Of a stretch of DNA of 64,000 nucleotides, positions 21,850-32,372 are shown in pieces; within the stretch, counting starts at the first letter, position 1; each line of letters starts with the position of its first letter. Position numbers and translations under genes: made by a program. Under the pieces are notes generated by a model. The model saw nothing but the letters and a program-made list of their open reading frames with translations. It searched no databases and had not been told where the DNA came from. Origin of the DNA: Clostridiales bacterium (GTDB taxonomy: Bacteria > Bacillota > Clostridia > Oscillospirales > CAG-272); NCBI GenBank assembly GCA_016288155.1, contig JAEEYP010000095.1, positions 107 through 64,106 on the forward strand, read 5' to 3'.

Positions 21850-23205
21850 GTGCTGCTCGGATGCGGGACCGCGTTCGGGATCCGGCTGCGCTTCTTCTGG
21901 CTGCTCCACCCGCTCCGGACGGCGCGCGCGCTGCGCGAGACCGCCGGCGTCGGCGGAACGTCCCCTGCCGCCGCGCTCTCGCTCGCGCTCGCCGGAACGC
22001 TCGGCGTCGGCAATATCGCCGGTGTGGCGACGGCGATCACGGCGGGCGGCGCGGGCGCCGTCTTCTGGATGCTCCTCGGCGCATTCGCCGCCATGAGCGT
22101 CAAATATGCGGAGGTGTATCTCGCCGTCCGCTGGCGGCGCGTGCAGGAGGAAGCCGGACACGGCGTCTTCGTCGGCGGTGCGCCGCTGTATCTGTCCGAC
22201 GGTCTCTCCTCCGAGGCGCGCACGGAACGCGGCCGCCGGGCGGCGCGCCTGATCGGCGGGGCGTTCGCGCTGCTCTGCGTGCTTCACGCGCTGCTGACGG
22301 GAAATATCGTGCAGGTACACGCGGCGGTGGAATCCGTATCCGTTCCTCCGCTGCTCGTATGCCTTCCGTTCGCGGCGGCGGCCGTCTTCGCCGCATGGCA
22401 CGGGACGGAGCGCGCCGCGCGCGTCACCGCCGCGGTCATCCCGGTACTGACGGCGTGTTTCCTCGCGCTCTCCCTCTTTCTGATCTGTACGAACGCGTCC
22501 GGCATCCCCGCCGTGCTCCGCCGCATCCTGCGCGGTGCGTGGCGGGCGGATGCGGTCGGCGGCGGCTTTGGCGGACTGGCGGTCAACCATGCCGTGCGCT
22601 TCGGGATCACGCGCGGACTCCTCTCCAATGAAGCCGGATGCGGGAGCACGCCGACCGCTCACGCGGCGGCGCGGACGCCGGGACCGTATCATCAGGGCTG
22701 CTTCGGGATCTTTGAGGTCTTCGCCGATACCGTGCTCCTCTGCTCGGTGACGGGGCTGGTGATCCTTCTGTACGCCGACGGGGAGGGACTGGACGGGATC
22801 CCGCTCGCGCTGACGGCGTACGCCCGTCTCGCCGGTCAGATCGGCGGCGAATGTTTCGCGTGCGTCGTCGGTGCGTTCCTTTCCGTATCCGTCGTCCTTT
22901 TCGCCGTCTCGACCGTCCTTGCACAGAGTGCCTGCGCCGCGCAGGCGCTCTCCTTCGTCCTTCCGCGCGCCGCCGCGCGCCGATGCGTTGCCGTCCTCGC
23001 CGCGAATGCGGCTCTCCTCGGCGGATGGATCCGCGCGTCGTCGATGTGGGCGGCGGCGGATCTCGTCATCACGCTCATGACCGTCGTCAACTGCGCGTGC
23101 CTGTGGCGGATGCGCCGGCAGGTGCGGGGCGAGCCGCGCGCTTCCGCTGATGCCGAAATGACGTCCGGGGGTCAGGCGCTTCGCGGCGGTCGCCGTTTGA
23201 GGTAA
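21850..23205 (+). CDS. sodium:alanine symporter family (AGCS) transporter; start unresolved
   Basis: LALAGTLGVGNIAGVATAITAGGAGAVFWMLLGAFAAMSVKYAEV is the AGCS signature. The conserved first TM continues in frame upstream to 21811 (TWNLWLGGILTPLV), where there is no ATG/GTG/TTG. Confidence 0.8.
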   Translation: MLLGCGTAFGIRLRFFWLLHPLRTARALRETAGVGGTSPAAALSLALAGTLGVGNIAGVATAITAGGAGAVFWMLLGAFAAMSVKYAEVYLAVRWRRVQEEAGHGVFVGGAPLYLSDGLSSEARTERGRRAARLIGGAFALLCVLHALLTGNIVQVHAAVESVSVPPLLVCLPFAAAAVFAAWHGTERAARVTAAVIPVLTACFLALSLFLICTNASGIPAVLRRILRGAWRADAVGGGFGGLAVNHAVRFGITRGLLSNEAGCGSTPTAHAAARTPGPYHQGCFGIFEVFADTVLLCSVTGLVILLYADGEGLDGIPLALTAYARLAGQIGGECFACVVGAFLSVSVVLFAVSTVLAQSACAAQALSFVLPRAAARRCVAVLAANAALLGGWIRASSMWAAADLVITLMTVVNCACLWRMRRQVRGEPRASADAEMTSGGQALRGGRRLR

Positions 23206-23208
23206 AGG

Positions 23209-23241
23209 AAGAGGCGGCGCCTTTCGGGCGCCGCCTCTTTG
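23209..23241. terminator. 13-bp hairpin between convergent genes (bidirectional terminator candidate)
   Basis: AAGAGGCGGCGCC-TTTCG-GGCGCCGCCTCTT. U-tracts are weak on both sides. Confidence 0.6.
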
Positions 23242-23253
23242 GAGTTTGGCTGA

Positions 23254-23643
23254 TTACTTGTTTTCTTCCTTCGGCTTCTCTTCCGCCTTCTCATCCTTGA
23301 GATTGACGAAGCGGATCAGAGCCATCTCGGCGCCGTCGCCGCGGCGCGGACCGAGCTTATAGATCTGCGTGTAACCGCCGGAGATCGCCGCGTACTGCGG
23401 AGCGATCACGTTGAAAAGCTTGGAAACGGCGTCTTCCTTGGTGATGAAGGCGAGCGCCGCGCGGCGGCTGGCAAGCGTGTTCGTCTTGCCGAACGACACC
23501 ATCTTCTCCGCCAGCGCGCTCACTTCTTTGGCGCGGGTCAGGGTCGTTTCGATGGAACCGTTCTCTATAAGATACGTGACGAGACCGCGAAGCATCGCAT
23601 TTCTGTGTGCGGTCGGTCTGCCGAGTTTCCTCGTACCGGGCAT
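23254..23643 (-). CDS. rplQ: 50S ribosomal protein L17
   Basis: MPGTRKLGRPTAHRNAMLRGLVTYLIENGSIETT. K/E-rich tail. Confidence 0.97.
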   Translation of the reverse strand: MPGTRKLGRPTAHRNAMLRGLVTYLIENGSIETTLTRAKEVSALAEKMVSFGKTNTLASRRAALAFITKEDAVSKLFNVIAPQYAAISGGYTQIYKLGPRRGDGAEMALIRFVNLKDEKAEEKPKEENK

Positions 23644-23692
23644 TGTTCATGTCCTCCTTTGCTTGTGCAAAATTTGCTTAGGGGTGCGCGCT

Positions 23693-24673
23693 TCACTCTT
23701 CCTCTTTCTTGAGGTCGAGCCCGAGCGAGTGAAGCTTCAGGATCACTTCTTCCAGCGATTTCTTTCCGAGGTTTCTGACCTTGATCATATCCTCTTCGGT
23801 GCGGTTGGTCAAATCCTCCACCGTATCAATGCCCGCGCGCTTCAGGCAGTTGAAGCTGCGCACGGACATGTCAAGCTCCTCAATGGTCATCTCAAGGACT
23901 TTTTCCTTTATGGTTTCCTCGCGTTCGACCATGATTTCAGCATTCTTTGCCTCGTCGGAAAGATCGACGAACAAATTGAGATGCTCGTTGAGTATCTTGG
24001 CGCCGAGAGAAATCGCTTCCTTCGCGGAGATCGTGCCGTTTGTGAGAACCTCCAGCGTCAGCTTGTCGTAGTCCGTATTCGAACCGACACGCGTATTTTC
24101 CACCGTGTAGTTCACGTTATACACAGGCGTATAGATCGAGTCGGTGAATATCGTTCCGATCGGAGCGGACGGAGTAGATGTACCCTGATTCGCGGCTGCA
24201 TACAGCTGCTTGTTCTTCTCCTGCGAGATGTAGCCGCGGCCGTGGTCGAAGGTCAGCTCCATATAGAACCGGACGTTCTCACTGAGCGTCGCGATATGAA
24301 GCTCGGGGTTCAGGATCTCAAGATCCGCGTCCTGCCGGATATCGCCTGCCGTGACCTCGCAGGGTCCCGTCATATCGATCACCGCCATCTTGGCCGCGTC
24401 GCCGTGAAGCTTTGCCGTGATTCCCTTTACGTTCAGGACGATCTCACAGACGTCTTCCTTCACGCCGGTGATCGTGGAGATCTCGTGCAGCACGCCGTCG
24501 ATCTTGATGTTCGTGACTGCGACGCCGGGGAGGGAGCTCAAAAGCACGCGGCGCAGAGAGTTGCCGAGCGTGACCCCGTACCCTCTCTCGAGAGGCTCAA
24601 TGATGAACTTCCCGTTCCGACCGTCCTCTGAAAGGTTGACAGTCGTGATGTTCGGCTTTTCTATTTCGATCAT
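23693..24673 (-). CDS. rpoA: DNA-directed RNA polymerase subunit alpha
   Basis: 326 aa: [12 protein letters not shown]...[18 protein letters not shown]; C-terminal domain [16 protein letters not shown]. Confidence 0.98.
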   Translation of the reverse strand: MIEIEKPNITTVNLSEDGRNGKFIIEPLERGYGVTLGNSLRRVLLSSLPGVAVTNIKIDGVLHEISTITGVKEDVCEIVLNVKGITAKLHGDAAKMAVIDMTGPCEVTAGDIRQDADLEILNPELHIATLSENVRFYMELTFDHGRGYISQEKNKQLYAAANQGTSTPSAPIGTIFTDSIYTPVYNVNYTVENTRVGSNTDYDKLTLEVLTNGTISAKEAISLGAKILNEHLNLFVDLSDEAKNAEIMVEREETIKEKVLEMTIEELDMSVRSFNCLKRAGIDTVEDLTNRTEEDMIKVRNLGKKSLEEVILKLHSLGLDLKKEEE

Positions 24674-24805
24674 TAATAACCCTCCGTATAAACTTTATTG
24701 CAAATCTACCAATTTGCCGGGCAGACGGATGTTTGCCGATGGATCTGCTTCATGGCCGACGCCGGCGTTCCCGCCGGCAGCGACGTCCGAAGCTGCGGCA
24801 GGTTA

Positions 24806-25405
24806 TTACTTGGAATAGAGCTCGATGATCAGCTGTTCGTTGACCTCGAAGTCCAGCTCCTCACGGATCGGAAGCGCCTTCACGGTGGCGGTAAGGTTCT
24901 CGCGGTCGACCTCAAGCCACGACGGAGCGAGACGCGTCGCCGCCAGCTCTGCCAGCTCCTTGAACTTCGCGGACGAGCGGCTGTTTTCCTTCACGGTGAT
25001 CACGTCGCCGAGCTTCAGAAGAAGAGACGGGATGTTGACCTTCTTGCCGTTCACGGTGAAATGGTTGTGGCGGACGAGCTGTCTCGCCTCGCGGCGGGTC
25101 TTCGCCATCCCCATGCGGAACACGACGTTGTCCAGCCGTCTTTCCAGAAGGCGGATCATGTTCTCACCGGTGATGCCGTCCTGCTTGACAGCCATCTCGT
25201 AGTAATTGCGGAACTGGTTCTCCTGAACGCCGTAGATGAATTTCAGCTTCTGCTTTTCTTTGAGCTGCGCGCCGTACTCCGAAAACTTCTTTCTCGTGAA
25301 AGCGTGCGGATTACGGGTCGTTCTTTTGTTGTCATAGCCAAGCACCGCAGGGCTGATGTCAAACGCCCGGCACTGCTTCGCAATGGGATCATGACGTACT
25401 GCCAT
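24806..25405 (-). CDS. rpsD: 30S ribosomal protein S4
   Basis: 199 aa: FSEYGAQLKEKQKLKFIYGV...LERRLDNVVFRMG...RQLVRHNHFTVNGKKVNIPS. Confidence 0.97.
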   Translation of the reverse strand: MAVRHDPIAKQCRAFDISPAVLGYDNKRTTRNPHAFTRKKFSEYGAQLKEKQKLKFIYGVQENQFRNYYEMAVKQDGITGENMIRLLERRLDNVVFRMGMAKTRREARQLVRHNHFTVNGKKVNIPSLLLKLGDVITVKENSRSSAKFKELAELAATRLAPSWLEVDRENLTATVKALPIREELDFEVNEQLIIELYSK

Positions 25406-25520
25406 GGTGTTCCTCCGTTATTTTATAATGAATTATCGGTACTGAAGCTACCGACGCCGAGCAAACGAAAGGCTCGGTATACGTCTCGTCCGCCCCGCGG
25501 ACTGGGGAAAAACGATCGGA

Positions 25521-25925
25521 TCAGACTCTTCTGCGCTTAGGCGGACGGCAGCCGTTGTGCGGGATCGGCGTGACGTCGCGGATCAGCGTGATATCGAGTC
25601 CGGCGGTCTGCAGAGCGCGGATCGCGGATTCACGTCCCGGACCGGGGCCCTTCACGAAGACCTCGACCGTCTTCATCCCGTGCTCGATGGCAGCCTTCGC
25701 GGCGGTCTCGGCGGCGGTCTGCGCGGCGTACGGGGTCGACTTTCTGGAGCCCTTGAAGCCCATCTCGCCGGCGGAAGCCCAGCTGATGGCGTTCCCGGCG
25801 ACGTCGGTGATGGTCACGATCGTGTTGTTGAAGGTAGAGCTGATATGAGCGGTACCCTTCTCAATGTTCTTGCGCTCGCGGCGTTTCTTGATAACTCTTT
25901 TGGTACCGGTAGCTGCTTTAGCCAT
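25521..25925 (-). CDS. rpsK: 30S ribosomal protein S11
   Basis: 134 aa: [46 protein letters not shown]. Confidence 0.98.
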   Translation of the reverse strand: MAKAATGTKRVIKKRRERKNIEKGTAHISSTFNNTIVTITDVAGNAISWASAGEMGFKGSRKSTPYAAQTAAETAAKAAIEHGMKTVEVFVKGPGPGRESAIRALQTAGLDITLIRDVTPIPHNGCRPPKRRRV

Positions 25926-25942
25926 GAAACTTGGTCACTCCT

Positions 25943-26311
25943 TTACTTCTTCTTATTGGCGATCGTCTTGGCGGGACCTTTTCTGGTTCTTGCGTTCGTC
26001 TTGGTGCGCTGACCGCGGACGGGAAGACCCTTTCTGTGACGAATGCCGCGATAGCAGTTCGTCTCGACCAGACGCTTGATGTTCATCGCGACTTCGCGGC
26101 GGAGTTCACCCTCGACCGTGTAGTTGTTCTCGATCTCGTCACGGAGCTTGGCGATGTCCTCCTCCGTCAGATCCTTCGCACGGGTATCGGGGTTGATGCC
26201 GGTTTTCGCGAGGATATCCTTCGAGCTCTTCAGACCGATCCCGTAGATGTAGGTCAGAGCGATCTCAACGCGTTTGGAGTTCGGAATATCGACACCGGAT
26301 ATACGAGCCAT
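25943..26311 (-). CDS. rpsM: 30S ribosomal protein S13
   Basis: 122 aa: [26 protein letters not shown]. Confidence 0.98.
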   Translation of the reverse strand: MARISGVDIPNSKRVEIALTYIYGIGLKSSKDILAKTGINPDTRAKDLTEEDIAKLRDEIENNYTVEGELRREVAMNIKRLVETNCYRGIRHRKGLPVRGQRTKTNARTRKGPAKTIANKKK

Positions 26312-26355
26312 TCTCTTTCACCTCTTCTTTGGTATTGTGGCATAAGCGCGGACGC

Positions 26356-26469
26356 TCAGCCCTGTCTCTGCTTGTGCTTCGGATTCTCGCAGATGACCAT
26401 GACGTGGCCGTTGCGTTTGATGATCTTGCACTTATCGCAGATTTTCTTCACGGAAGGCTTGACTTTCAC
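26356..26469 (-). CDS. rpmJ: 50S ribosomal protein L36
   Basis: Not in the ORF track (37 aa). My own translation from GTG 26469 gives [37 protein letters not shown], with stop TGA at 26356-26358. Confidence 0.95.
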   Translation of the reverse strand: MKVKPSVKKICDKCKIIKRNGHVMVICENPKHKQRQG

Positions 26470-26603
26470 TGTTTGTACCAACCTTTCTTTGCATTATGAC
26501 GGCCGCGCCCGGACACGAGCCTGAAGGGCGCCGCCGCACGGCGGACTTGTCTGACGGCGGACGGGTGAACGGCCGCCGCCGGACGGGCATTCTGCGGGTA
26601 CGT

Positions 26604-26822
26604 TTATTTGCTTCGCCAGGTGATCCTGCCCTTCGTCGGGTCGTAGATGGAGACCTCCACCGTTACCCGGTCGCCGAGCAGTATTTTGATATAGTTCATA
26701 CGAAGCTTGCCGGAGATATGCGCGGTAACGATCATATCGTTCGGCAGTTTTACCTTGAAGGTCGCGTTCGGGAGCACCTCCACGACGACGCCTTCAAATT
26801 CGATCACATCATCCTTCGGCAG
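26604..26822 (-). CDS. infA: translation initiation factor IF-1 (probable CTG start)
   Basis: The track ORF starts at GTG 26807 (VIEFEG...). The conserved [10 protein letters not shown] continues in frame upstream. CTG at 26820-26822, 6 nt after SD GAGGAGAG, gives the canonical 72 aa. Confidence 0.9.
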   Translation of the reverse strand: MPKDDVIEFEGVVVEVLPNATFKVKLPNDMIVTAHISGKLRMNYIKILLGDRVTVEVSIYDPTKGRITWRSK

Positions 26823-26860
26823 ATCAATCTCTCCTCTCTGTAATCATCCGCGGCGGATCG

Positions 26861-27610
26861 TCAGACCTTGGTCAGAAGCAGGGGACCGTCCGCCGTCAGC
26901 GCCACCGTGTGCTCGTAATGAGCGGAAAGCGCGCCGTCCGCGGTCTTGACCGTCCAGCCGTCGCTCAGCTCCGTGACGCGGTCGGTTCCCTGATTGATCA
27001 TCGGTTCAATGGCGATCGTCATACCCGTGCACAGGCGCGGACCGCGTCCGCGCGTACCGTAGTTCGGAACGTTCGGATCCTCGTGAAGATCGTGACCGAC
27101 GCCGTGCCCCACGTATTTCTTGACGGTGGAAAAGCCGAGTCCGGTCACGTATCCGTCCACCGCGGCGCCGATGTCTCCGATGCGCGCGCCTTCGGCCGCC
27201 GCCGCTTCCACGCCGAGTTCAAAACTGCGGCGGGTCGCTTCGATCAGCCGGACGGCCTCGGGAGATACGCGCCCGACGGGGAACGTATTCGCGCTGTCGC
27301 CGTGGAAGCCGCCGATGCAGGCGCCGACGTCGATCTTGACGATATCGCCCTCCTCCAGAACGCGGGCGGAGGGGATGCCGTGGATGACCTCGTCGTTGAC
27401 GCTGATGCAGGCGCTGGCGGGGAAGCCGCCGTAGCCGAGGAAGGACGGACGGGCGCCGCACTTCTCGATGTGGTGACGGATGCACTCATCGAGCTGCTTC
27501 GTCGTGACGCCGGGGCGCACCATCTCGCCGGCAAGCGCAAGCGCTTCGCCGGTGATGCGTCCGGCCACCTTCATCAGGCGGATCTGTTCCGCATTCTTCA
27601 CAAAGATCAT
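26861..27610 (-). CDS. map: type I methionine aminopeptidase
   Basis: 249 aa. Metal ligands in DIVKIDVGA..GFHGDSANTF, YVGHGVGHDLHE, MTIAIEPM. Overlaps adk by 4 nt. Confidence 0.96.
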   Translation of the reverse strand: MIFVKNAEQIRLMKVAGRITGEALALAGEMVRPGVTTKQLDECIRHHIEKCGARPSFLGYGGFPASACISVNDEVIHGIPSARVLEEGDIVKIDVGACIGGFHGDSANTFPVGRVSPEAVRLIEATRRSFELGVEAAAAEGARIGDIGAAVDGYVTGLGFSTVKKYVGHGVGHDLHEDPNVPNYGTRGRGPRLCTGMTIAIEPMINQGTDRVTELSDGWTVKTADGALSAHYEHTVALTADGPLLLTKV

Positions 27611-28275
27611 TTTACTTCATCTGCTTTCGCGCAGGGAATACGAAGGGCACGGAACGTCAGCGCGGTCGTATCCTCCAGCTTTTCCTGACCGATCACCGTC
27701 CGAAGGAGCCCCTTCTCTTTGTAGTATTCCTTGAGAGGCTCCGTCTGCTCGTGATACACGGCGAGACGGGAACGGACCACGGCAGGATCGTCATCCGAGC
27801 GGATCGTGAGCGATTCGCCGCAGGCGCACTGCTCGCCGTTCGGGGACGGATTGGATTCCACGTGATACGTGGAGCCGCACGCCTTGCAGACACGGCGGCC
27901 GCTCATGCGACCGATGATCCGCTCGTCGCTGACCTCGATCGTCAGCACGTCGGTGATGCCGACCTGCATTGCCTCAAGCGCCTCCGCCTGCGGCACGGTG
28001 CGGGGAAATCCGTCCAGGATGAACCCGTCCGCGCAGTCCGGCTGCGCAAGACGATCGCGGACGATGCCGATGACGACCTCGTCGGGGAGAAGGTCGCCGC
28101 GCTCGATATAGGCGCGCGCGTTCTTCCCCATCTCCGTACCGGCGGCGATGGCCTCGCGGATCATCGCGCCGGTGGAGATCGTCGGGATGGACAGCGCGGC
28201 GGCGATCTTTTCAGCCTGCGTGCCCTTTCCTGCGCCGGGAGCGCCGAGCAGGATGAGTTTCAGTATACGCTTCAT
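27607..28275 (-). CDS. adk: adenylate kinase
   Basis: 222 aa. P-loop LLGAPGAGKGTQA. Lid zinc knuckle CKACGSTYHVESNPSPNGEQCACG. Confidence 0.97.
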   Translation of the reverse strand: MKRILKLILLGAPGAGKGTQAEKIAAALSIPTISTGAMIREAIAAGTEMGKNARAYIERGDLLPDEVVIGIVRDRLAQPDCADGFILDGFPRTVPQAEALEAMQVGITDVLTIEVSDERIIGRMSGRRVCKACGSTYHVESNPSPNGEQCACGESLTIRSDDDPAVVRSRLAVYHEQTEPLKEYYKEKGLLRTVIGQEKLEDTTALTFRALRIPCAKADEVK

Positions 28276-28328
28276 TTTCTACCTCGTTTCGACTCAGGTC
28301 GAATGCGACGGATCAAAGCCGGAGCCTC

Positions 28329-29618
28329 TCACTCAAGGAATCCCTTGTAGTGACGCATCGAAAGCTGCGACTCGAGATCGCGGGCGGTTTCGAGGATGAC
28401 GCCGACAACGATGATGATGGAGTTGCCGCTGAAGGCAAGCCCGCCCAGATTCCCACCGGAAATAATGTTGGCGATCATCGGGACGACGGCGATCACGCCG
28501 AGGCAGAGCGCGCCGAGCAGGGTGATGCGGTTGAGGATCCGCGTGATATAGTCAGCGGTAGGCTTGCCGGGACGGATGCCGGGGATGGAGCCGCCGTTCT
28601 TCTTGAGGTTGTTGGCGATCTCGATCGGATTGAAGGTGAGCGACGTATAGAAATACGCGAACACGATAATCAGAATGAAGGTGAGCACCGCGTAGAACCA
28701 CGAGCCGGAGCTGAAGAGATTGAGGAACTTATCCCAGAAAGAGCCTTCAGCGGGCGTCGGGAAGAAGAGCGCGACCGTAGCGGGGATGGTGATGATGGAG
28801 TTGGCGAAGATGATCGGCATGACGCCCGTCATCATCAGCTTCAGAGGAAGCGATGAATTCTGACCGCCGTACATCTTCCGTCCGACCACCTTCTTGGCGT
28901 ACTGGATCGGAAGTCTCCGTTCGCTGTCGTTCGTGAAAACGATGAACACGATCATGGCGAGACCGATGATCAGCGTCGAGGCGGCGATGATGATACCGGT
29001 CGCCTTGCCGCTGGTCAGGTACGACCAGAACGTGGACAAAATCGACGGACCGCGGGACACGATATTGGCAAGAAGGATCATGGAGATGCCGTTGCCGATG
29101 CCGTGGTCGTTGACCTTTTCCGCGAGCCACATGACGAGAGACGAGCCGGCGCAGTAGCACATGATCATGACGGCGGCCGCGAAGATGCTGTTGTCGATCA
29201 GCAGGTTATTGTTGCGCAGCAGCATGTAGTAGCCGAACGCCGTGATGAGGCCGAGGCCGACGGTGACGTACCGGGTGATCTGGTTGATCTTCTTCTGACC
29301 GTCCTGGCCGTCCTTCGCCATATTCTCCAGCGCGGGGATGGCGATCGTCAGAAGCTGCATCACGATGGAAGCCGTGATATACGGAGAAACGCCGAGAGCG
29401 AAAAGTGTTGCGTGTGAAAATGCGTCACCGGACAAAATGTTCAGGTACTGGAAGATCGAGCCGTCCGTCAGCGCCATGTAGGAGCTGAGCATGTTGGAAT
29501 CCAGATACGGGATCGGGATCGCAACACCGATACGGTAGATCACGATGACCAGCGCAGTGAAGAGCATCTTCTTGCGCAGATCCGCGACCTTCCATGCATT
29601 CACGAGTGTCTTGAACAC
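28329..29618 (-). CDS. secY: preprotein translocase subunit SecY
   Basis: 429 aa with 10 TM: FALGVSPYITASIVMQLL..., KKNGGSIPGIRPGKPT. Confidence 0.98.
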   Translation of the reverse strand: MFKTLVNAWKVADLRKKMLFTALVIVIYRIGVAIPIPYLDSNMLSSYMALTDGSIFQYLNILSGDAFSHATLFALGVSPYITASIVMQLLTIAIPALENMAKDGQDGQKKINQITRYVTVGLGLITAFGYYMLLRNNNLLIDNSIFAAAVMIMCYCAGSSLVMWLAEKVNDHGIGNGISMILLANIVSRGPSILSTFWSYLTSGKATGIIIAASTLIIGLAMIVFIVFTNDSERRLPIQYAKKVVGRKMYGGQNSSLPLKLMMTGVMPIIFANSIITIPATVALFFPTPAEGSFWDKFLNLFSSGSWFYAVLTFILIIVFAYFYTSLTFNPIEIANNLKKNGGSIPGIRPGKPTADYITRILNRITLLGALCLGVIAVVPMIANIISGGNLGGLAFSGNSIIIVVGVILETARDLESQLSMRHYKGFLE

Positions 29619-30059
29619 TTAGATCACCTCGGTCTTTCCACCAGCCGCTTCTATCTTTTCTTTCGCGCTTGCTGAAAAGATCGTCGCTTCCACGGTAAGT
29701 TTTTTGGAAAGCTCGCCGTTGCCAAGCACCTTGAGACCGTCGAGGGCCTTCGTGATCTTTCCGGTCTCCATCAGCTTAGTGAGATTCACCGTGTCGCCGT
29801 CGTTGAAGCAGTTCAGGTCGCTGACGTTTACAATGGCGTACGACTTGGCAAACTTATTGTGAAAACCTCTCTTCGGGAGCTTGCGGTACAGCGGGAGCTG
29901 ACCGCCTTCAAACCCCGGACGAACGCCGCCGCCGGAGCGGGCGTTCTGACCCTTATGGCCCTTGCCGGCCGTTTTCCCGTTGCCGGAGCCGGCGCCTCTG
30001 CCCTTACGGAACACGGGGCGGGCGGAGCCTTCTGCCGGGGAAAGTTCATGGAGCTTCAT
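29619..30059 (-). CDS. rplO: 50S ribosomal protein L15
   Basis: 146 aa: [12 protein letters not shown]...[35 protein letters not shown]. Confidence 0.97.
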   Translation of the reverse strand: MKLHELSPAEGSARPVFRKGRGAGSGNGKTAGKGHKGQNARSGGGVRPGFEGGQLPLYRKLPKRGFHNKFAKSYAIVNVSDLNCFNDGDTVNLTKLMETGKITKALDGLKVLGNGELSKKLTVEATIFSASAKEKIEAAGGKTEVI

Positions 30060-30105
30060 GCTTTAGTCCTCCTTCATAATATTCATTTCTTTGTCGTCGG
30101 AGGGC

Positions 30106-30285
30106 TTACGCCTTCTCCACGGTGACAAGATGCGCAAGGATCTTGACCTTGCCTGCGAGCACGGGGGAGTCGGCATGGACGATCGTATCACCGATCTTGC
30201 GGAGCCCCAGAGACGCCGCGGTGGCCTTCTGATTCGGCTTGGCGCCGATCAGGCTCTTGGTAAGCGTTACTTTTACGTTTTCCAT
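30106..30285 (-). CDS. rpmD: 50S ribosomal protein L30
   Basis: Not in the ORF track (59 aa). My own translation: MENVKVTLTKSLIGAKPNQKATAASLGLRKIGDTIVHADSPVLAGKVKILAHLVTVEKA. Confidence 0.93.
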   Translation of the reverse strand: MENVKVTLTKSLIGAKPNQKATAASLGLRKIGDTIVHADSPVLAGKVKILAHLVTVEKA

Positions 30286-30298
30286 ACTGTCCTCCCCA

Positions 30299-30799
30299 TC
30301 AGAGAACCTTGTCGGATTCGATGCCGCGGGTTTTCGCGACCTCGTTCACCGTTCTGAGCATCCTCAGCCCCTCGAAGGTCGCCTTCACGACGTTCGTCGG
30401 GTTGTTGGAGCGCAGGCTCTTGGCGCGGATGTTCTTGATGCCGGCGAGTTCGACCACGGCGCGGACGGTTTTGCCCGCGATGATCCCGGTACCTTCGGAT
30501 GCCGGTCTCAGAAGGACCGACCCGGCGCCGTACTCACCCAGCACGTCGTGCGGGATCGTGTTCCCGTACAGGGAGACCTCGATCATATTCTTCTTTGCGT
30601 CCTCGATTCCCTTGCGGATCGCTTCCGGAACCTCGGCAGCCTTTCCGAGACCGTAGCCGACGTGGCCGGCGCCGTCGCCGACGATCATCAGCGCGGCGAA
30701 GCGGGCGATGCGGCCGCCCTTGACGGTCTTGGATACACGGTTCACAACGACGAGCTTTTCCTGAAGCTCGAGCGTTGAAGGATCAAATCTTTTTGCCAT
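30299..30799 (-). CDS. rpsE: 30S ribosomal protein S5
   Basis: 166 aa: [48 protein letters not shown]. Confidence 0.98.
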   Translation of the reverse strand: MAKRFDPSTLELQEKLVVVNRVSKTVKGGRIARFAALMIVGDGAGHVGYGLGKAAEVPEAIRKGIEDAKKNMIEVSLYGNTIPHDVLGEYGAGSVLLRPASEGTGIIAGKTVRAVVELAGIKNIRAKSLRSNNPTNVVKATFEGLRMLRTVNEVAKTRGIESDKVL

Positions 30800-30901
30800 T
30801 CTCTTTCTCCTGTTGAATTGTTTAATCGTTACGAATTAAACAGTGTACAAACCGGCCTTCTGTCCGGGGCACGGACGGCGGTGCGTTCGGATCCCGCGGG
30901 A

Positions 30902-31261
30902 TCAGAACTTCAGTCCGCCCTCTCTCGCGCCCTCGGCCAGCTCCGATACACGTCCGTGATAGATATAACCGCCGCGGTCGAAAACGACCTCTTCGATTCC
31001 CTTCTGGACTGCGCGCTCGGCGACCATCTTGCCGACCTTTCTTGCCGCTTCCTTGTTGGAGCCCGTGCCCTCAAAGCCGGCCTCGTTGGAAGAAGCTGCG
31101 ACGAGGGTCGTGCCCTTCACGTCGTCGATGATCTGCGCATAGATATACTTGTTGGAACGGTACACGGCAAGACGGGGACGCTCTGCCGTTCCGCTGATCT
31201 TGGCGCGGACGCGGCGGTGTCTCTTGAGCCGCTGCACGTTCTTATCCTTTTTTGAGACCAT
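30902..31261 (-). CDS. rplR: 50S ribosomal protein L18
   Basis: 119 aa: [34 protein letters not shown]...GYIYHGRV. Confidence 0.97.
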   Translation of the reverse strand: MVSKKDKNVQRLKRHRRVRAKISGTAERPRLAVYRSNKYIYAQIIDDVKGTTLVAASSNEAGFEGTGSNKEAARKVGKMVAERAVQKGIEEVVFDRGGYIYHGRVSELAEGAREGGLKF

Positions 31262-31281
31262 GTTTTCCTTCTCCTTCCTGA

Positions 31282-31821
31282 TTACTTGCCGGTCTTGCCG
31301 ACCTTACGGCGGATCCGTTCGCCGCTGTACTTGACGCCCTTGCCGAGGTACGGCTCCGGCGGTCTCTTGGAGCGGATGACGGCCGCTATCTGGCTGACCT
31401 TCTGCTTATCGGCGCCCTTGACGACGACGGTGTTGGAATCCGGAACGTCGAAGGTGATGCCGTCGCCCTCTTCAAAGAGGATCGGGTGCGAATGGCCGAG
31501 GTTGAGCGTCAGGGTCTTGCCGGTCTTCTGCGCGCGGTAGCCGACGCCGACGATCTCGAGCTTCTTCTCAAAGCCTGTCGTCACGCCCTTGACCATATCG
31601 TTGAGGAGCGCGCGGGTCGTTCCGTGCAGAGCGCGGCTCTCCGCCTCGTCGTCCGGACGCTGGACCCTGAGCACGTTGTCCTTGCACTCGATGGTGAGCG
31701 CGGCGGGGAAACGGAAGCTGAGCGTATCCTTCGGGCCTTTGACGGTCACGAGGTTGCCCTCCTCGCCGGAAACGGTGACGCCGGCGGGGACGGTGATGGG
31801 TTCTCTACCGATTCTTGACAT
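31282..31821 (-). CDS. rplF: 50S ribosomal protein L6
   Basis: 179 aa: [17 protein letters not shown]...GVGYRA...[14 protein letters not shown]. Confidence 0.97.
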   Translation of the reverse strand: MSRIGREPITVPAGVTVSGEEGNLVTVKGPKDTLSFRFPAALTIECKDNVLRVQRPDDEAESRALHGTTRALLNDMVKGVTTGFEKKLEIVGVGYRAQKTGKTLTLNLGHSHPILFEEGDGITFDVPDSNTVVVKGADKQKVSQIAAVIRSKRPPEPYLGKGVKYSGERIRRKVGKTGK

Positions 31822-31839
31822 ATCCTTCTCTCCTTTCTC

Positions 31840-32238
31840 TTACCAGACAAAGGCGAGGATCTCGCCGCCGACTTTTTCAAGCCGAGCCGTCTTATCGGTC
31901 ATGATGCCCTTCGGGGTGGATACGATGGCGATGCCGAGACCGTTCATGACCTTCGGCATATCCTCGTAGTTGGAGTAGATCCGGAGACCGGGCTTGGAGA
32001 CGCGGCGCAGGCCGTGGATGACCTTCTGCTTGCCGGCCTCGTACTTGAGGGTGATGCGGATGATGCCCTGTTTCCCGTCCTCGATAACCTGTACGCCCTT
32101 GATGTAGCCTTCAGCGAGAAGGATATCGGCGATGGCCTTCTTCATATTGGAAGCGGGAACGTCCACGCTTTCGTGGCGGGCGTTGCTTGCGTTTCTCACG
32201 CGGGTCAGCATATCGGCGATCACGTCGGATATCTGCAT
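31840..32238 (-). CDS. rpsH: 30S ribosomal protein S8
   Basis: Start moved to [17 protein letters not shown] (ATG 32238), giving 132 aa. Confidence 0.96.
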   Translation of the reverse strand: MQISDVIADMLTRVRNASNARHESVDVPASNMKKAIADILLAEGYIKGVQVIEDGKQGIIRITLKYEAGKQKVIHGLRRVSKPGLRIYSNYEDMPKVMNGLGIAIVSTPKGIMTDKTARLEKVGGEILAFVW

Positions 32239-32372
32239 TGTAAAAATCCTCCTGTCATGCAAGTTGTTTCTTGCTGCCGCACCGATGACCTGTGCGGCCG
32301 CTCACCGGTGGTTAAACCGCGGTTTCCTTCCGGTGCGGAACGGTGCCGGGCGGCGCCCGGCGGGGGCATCGG

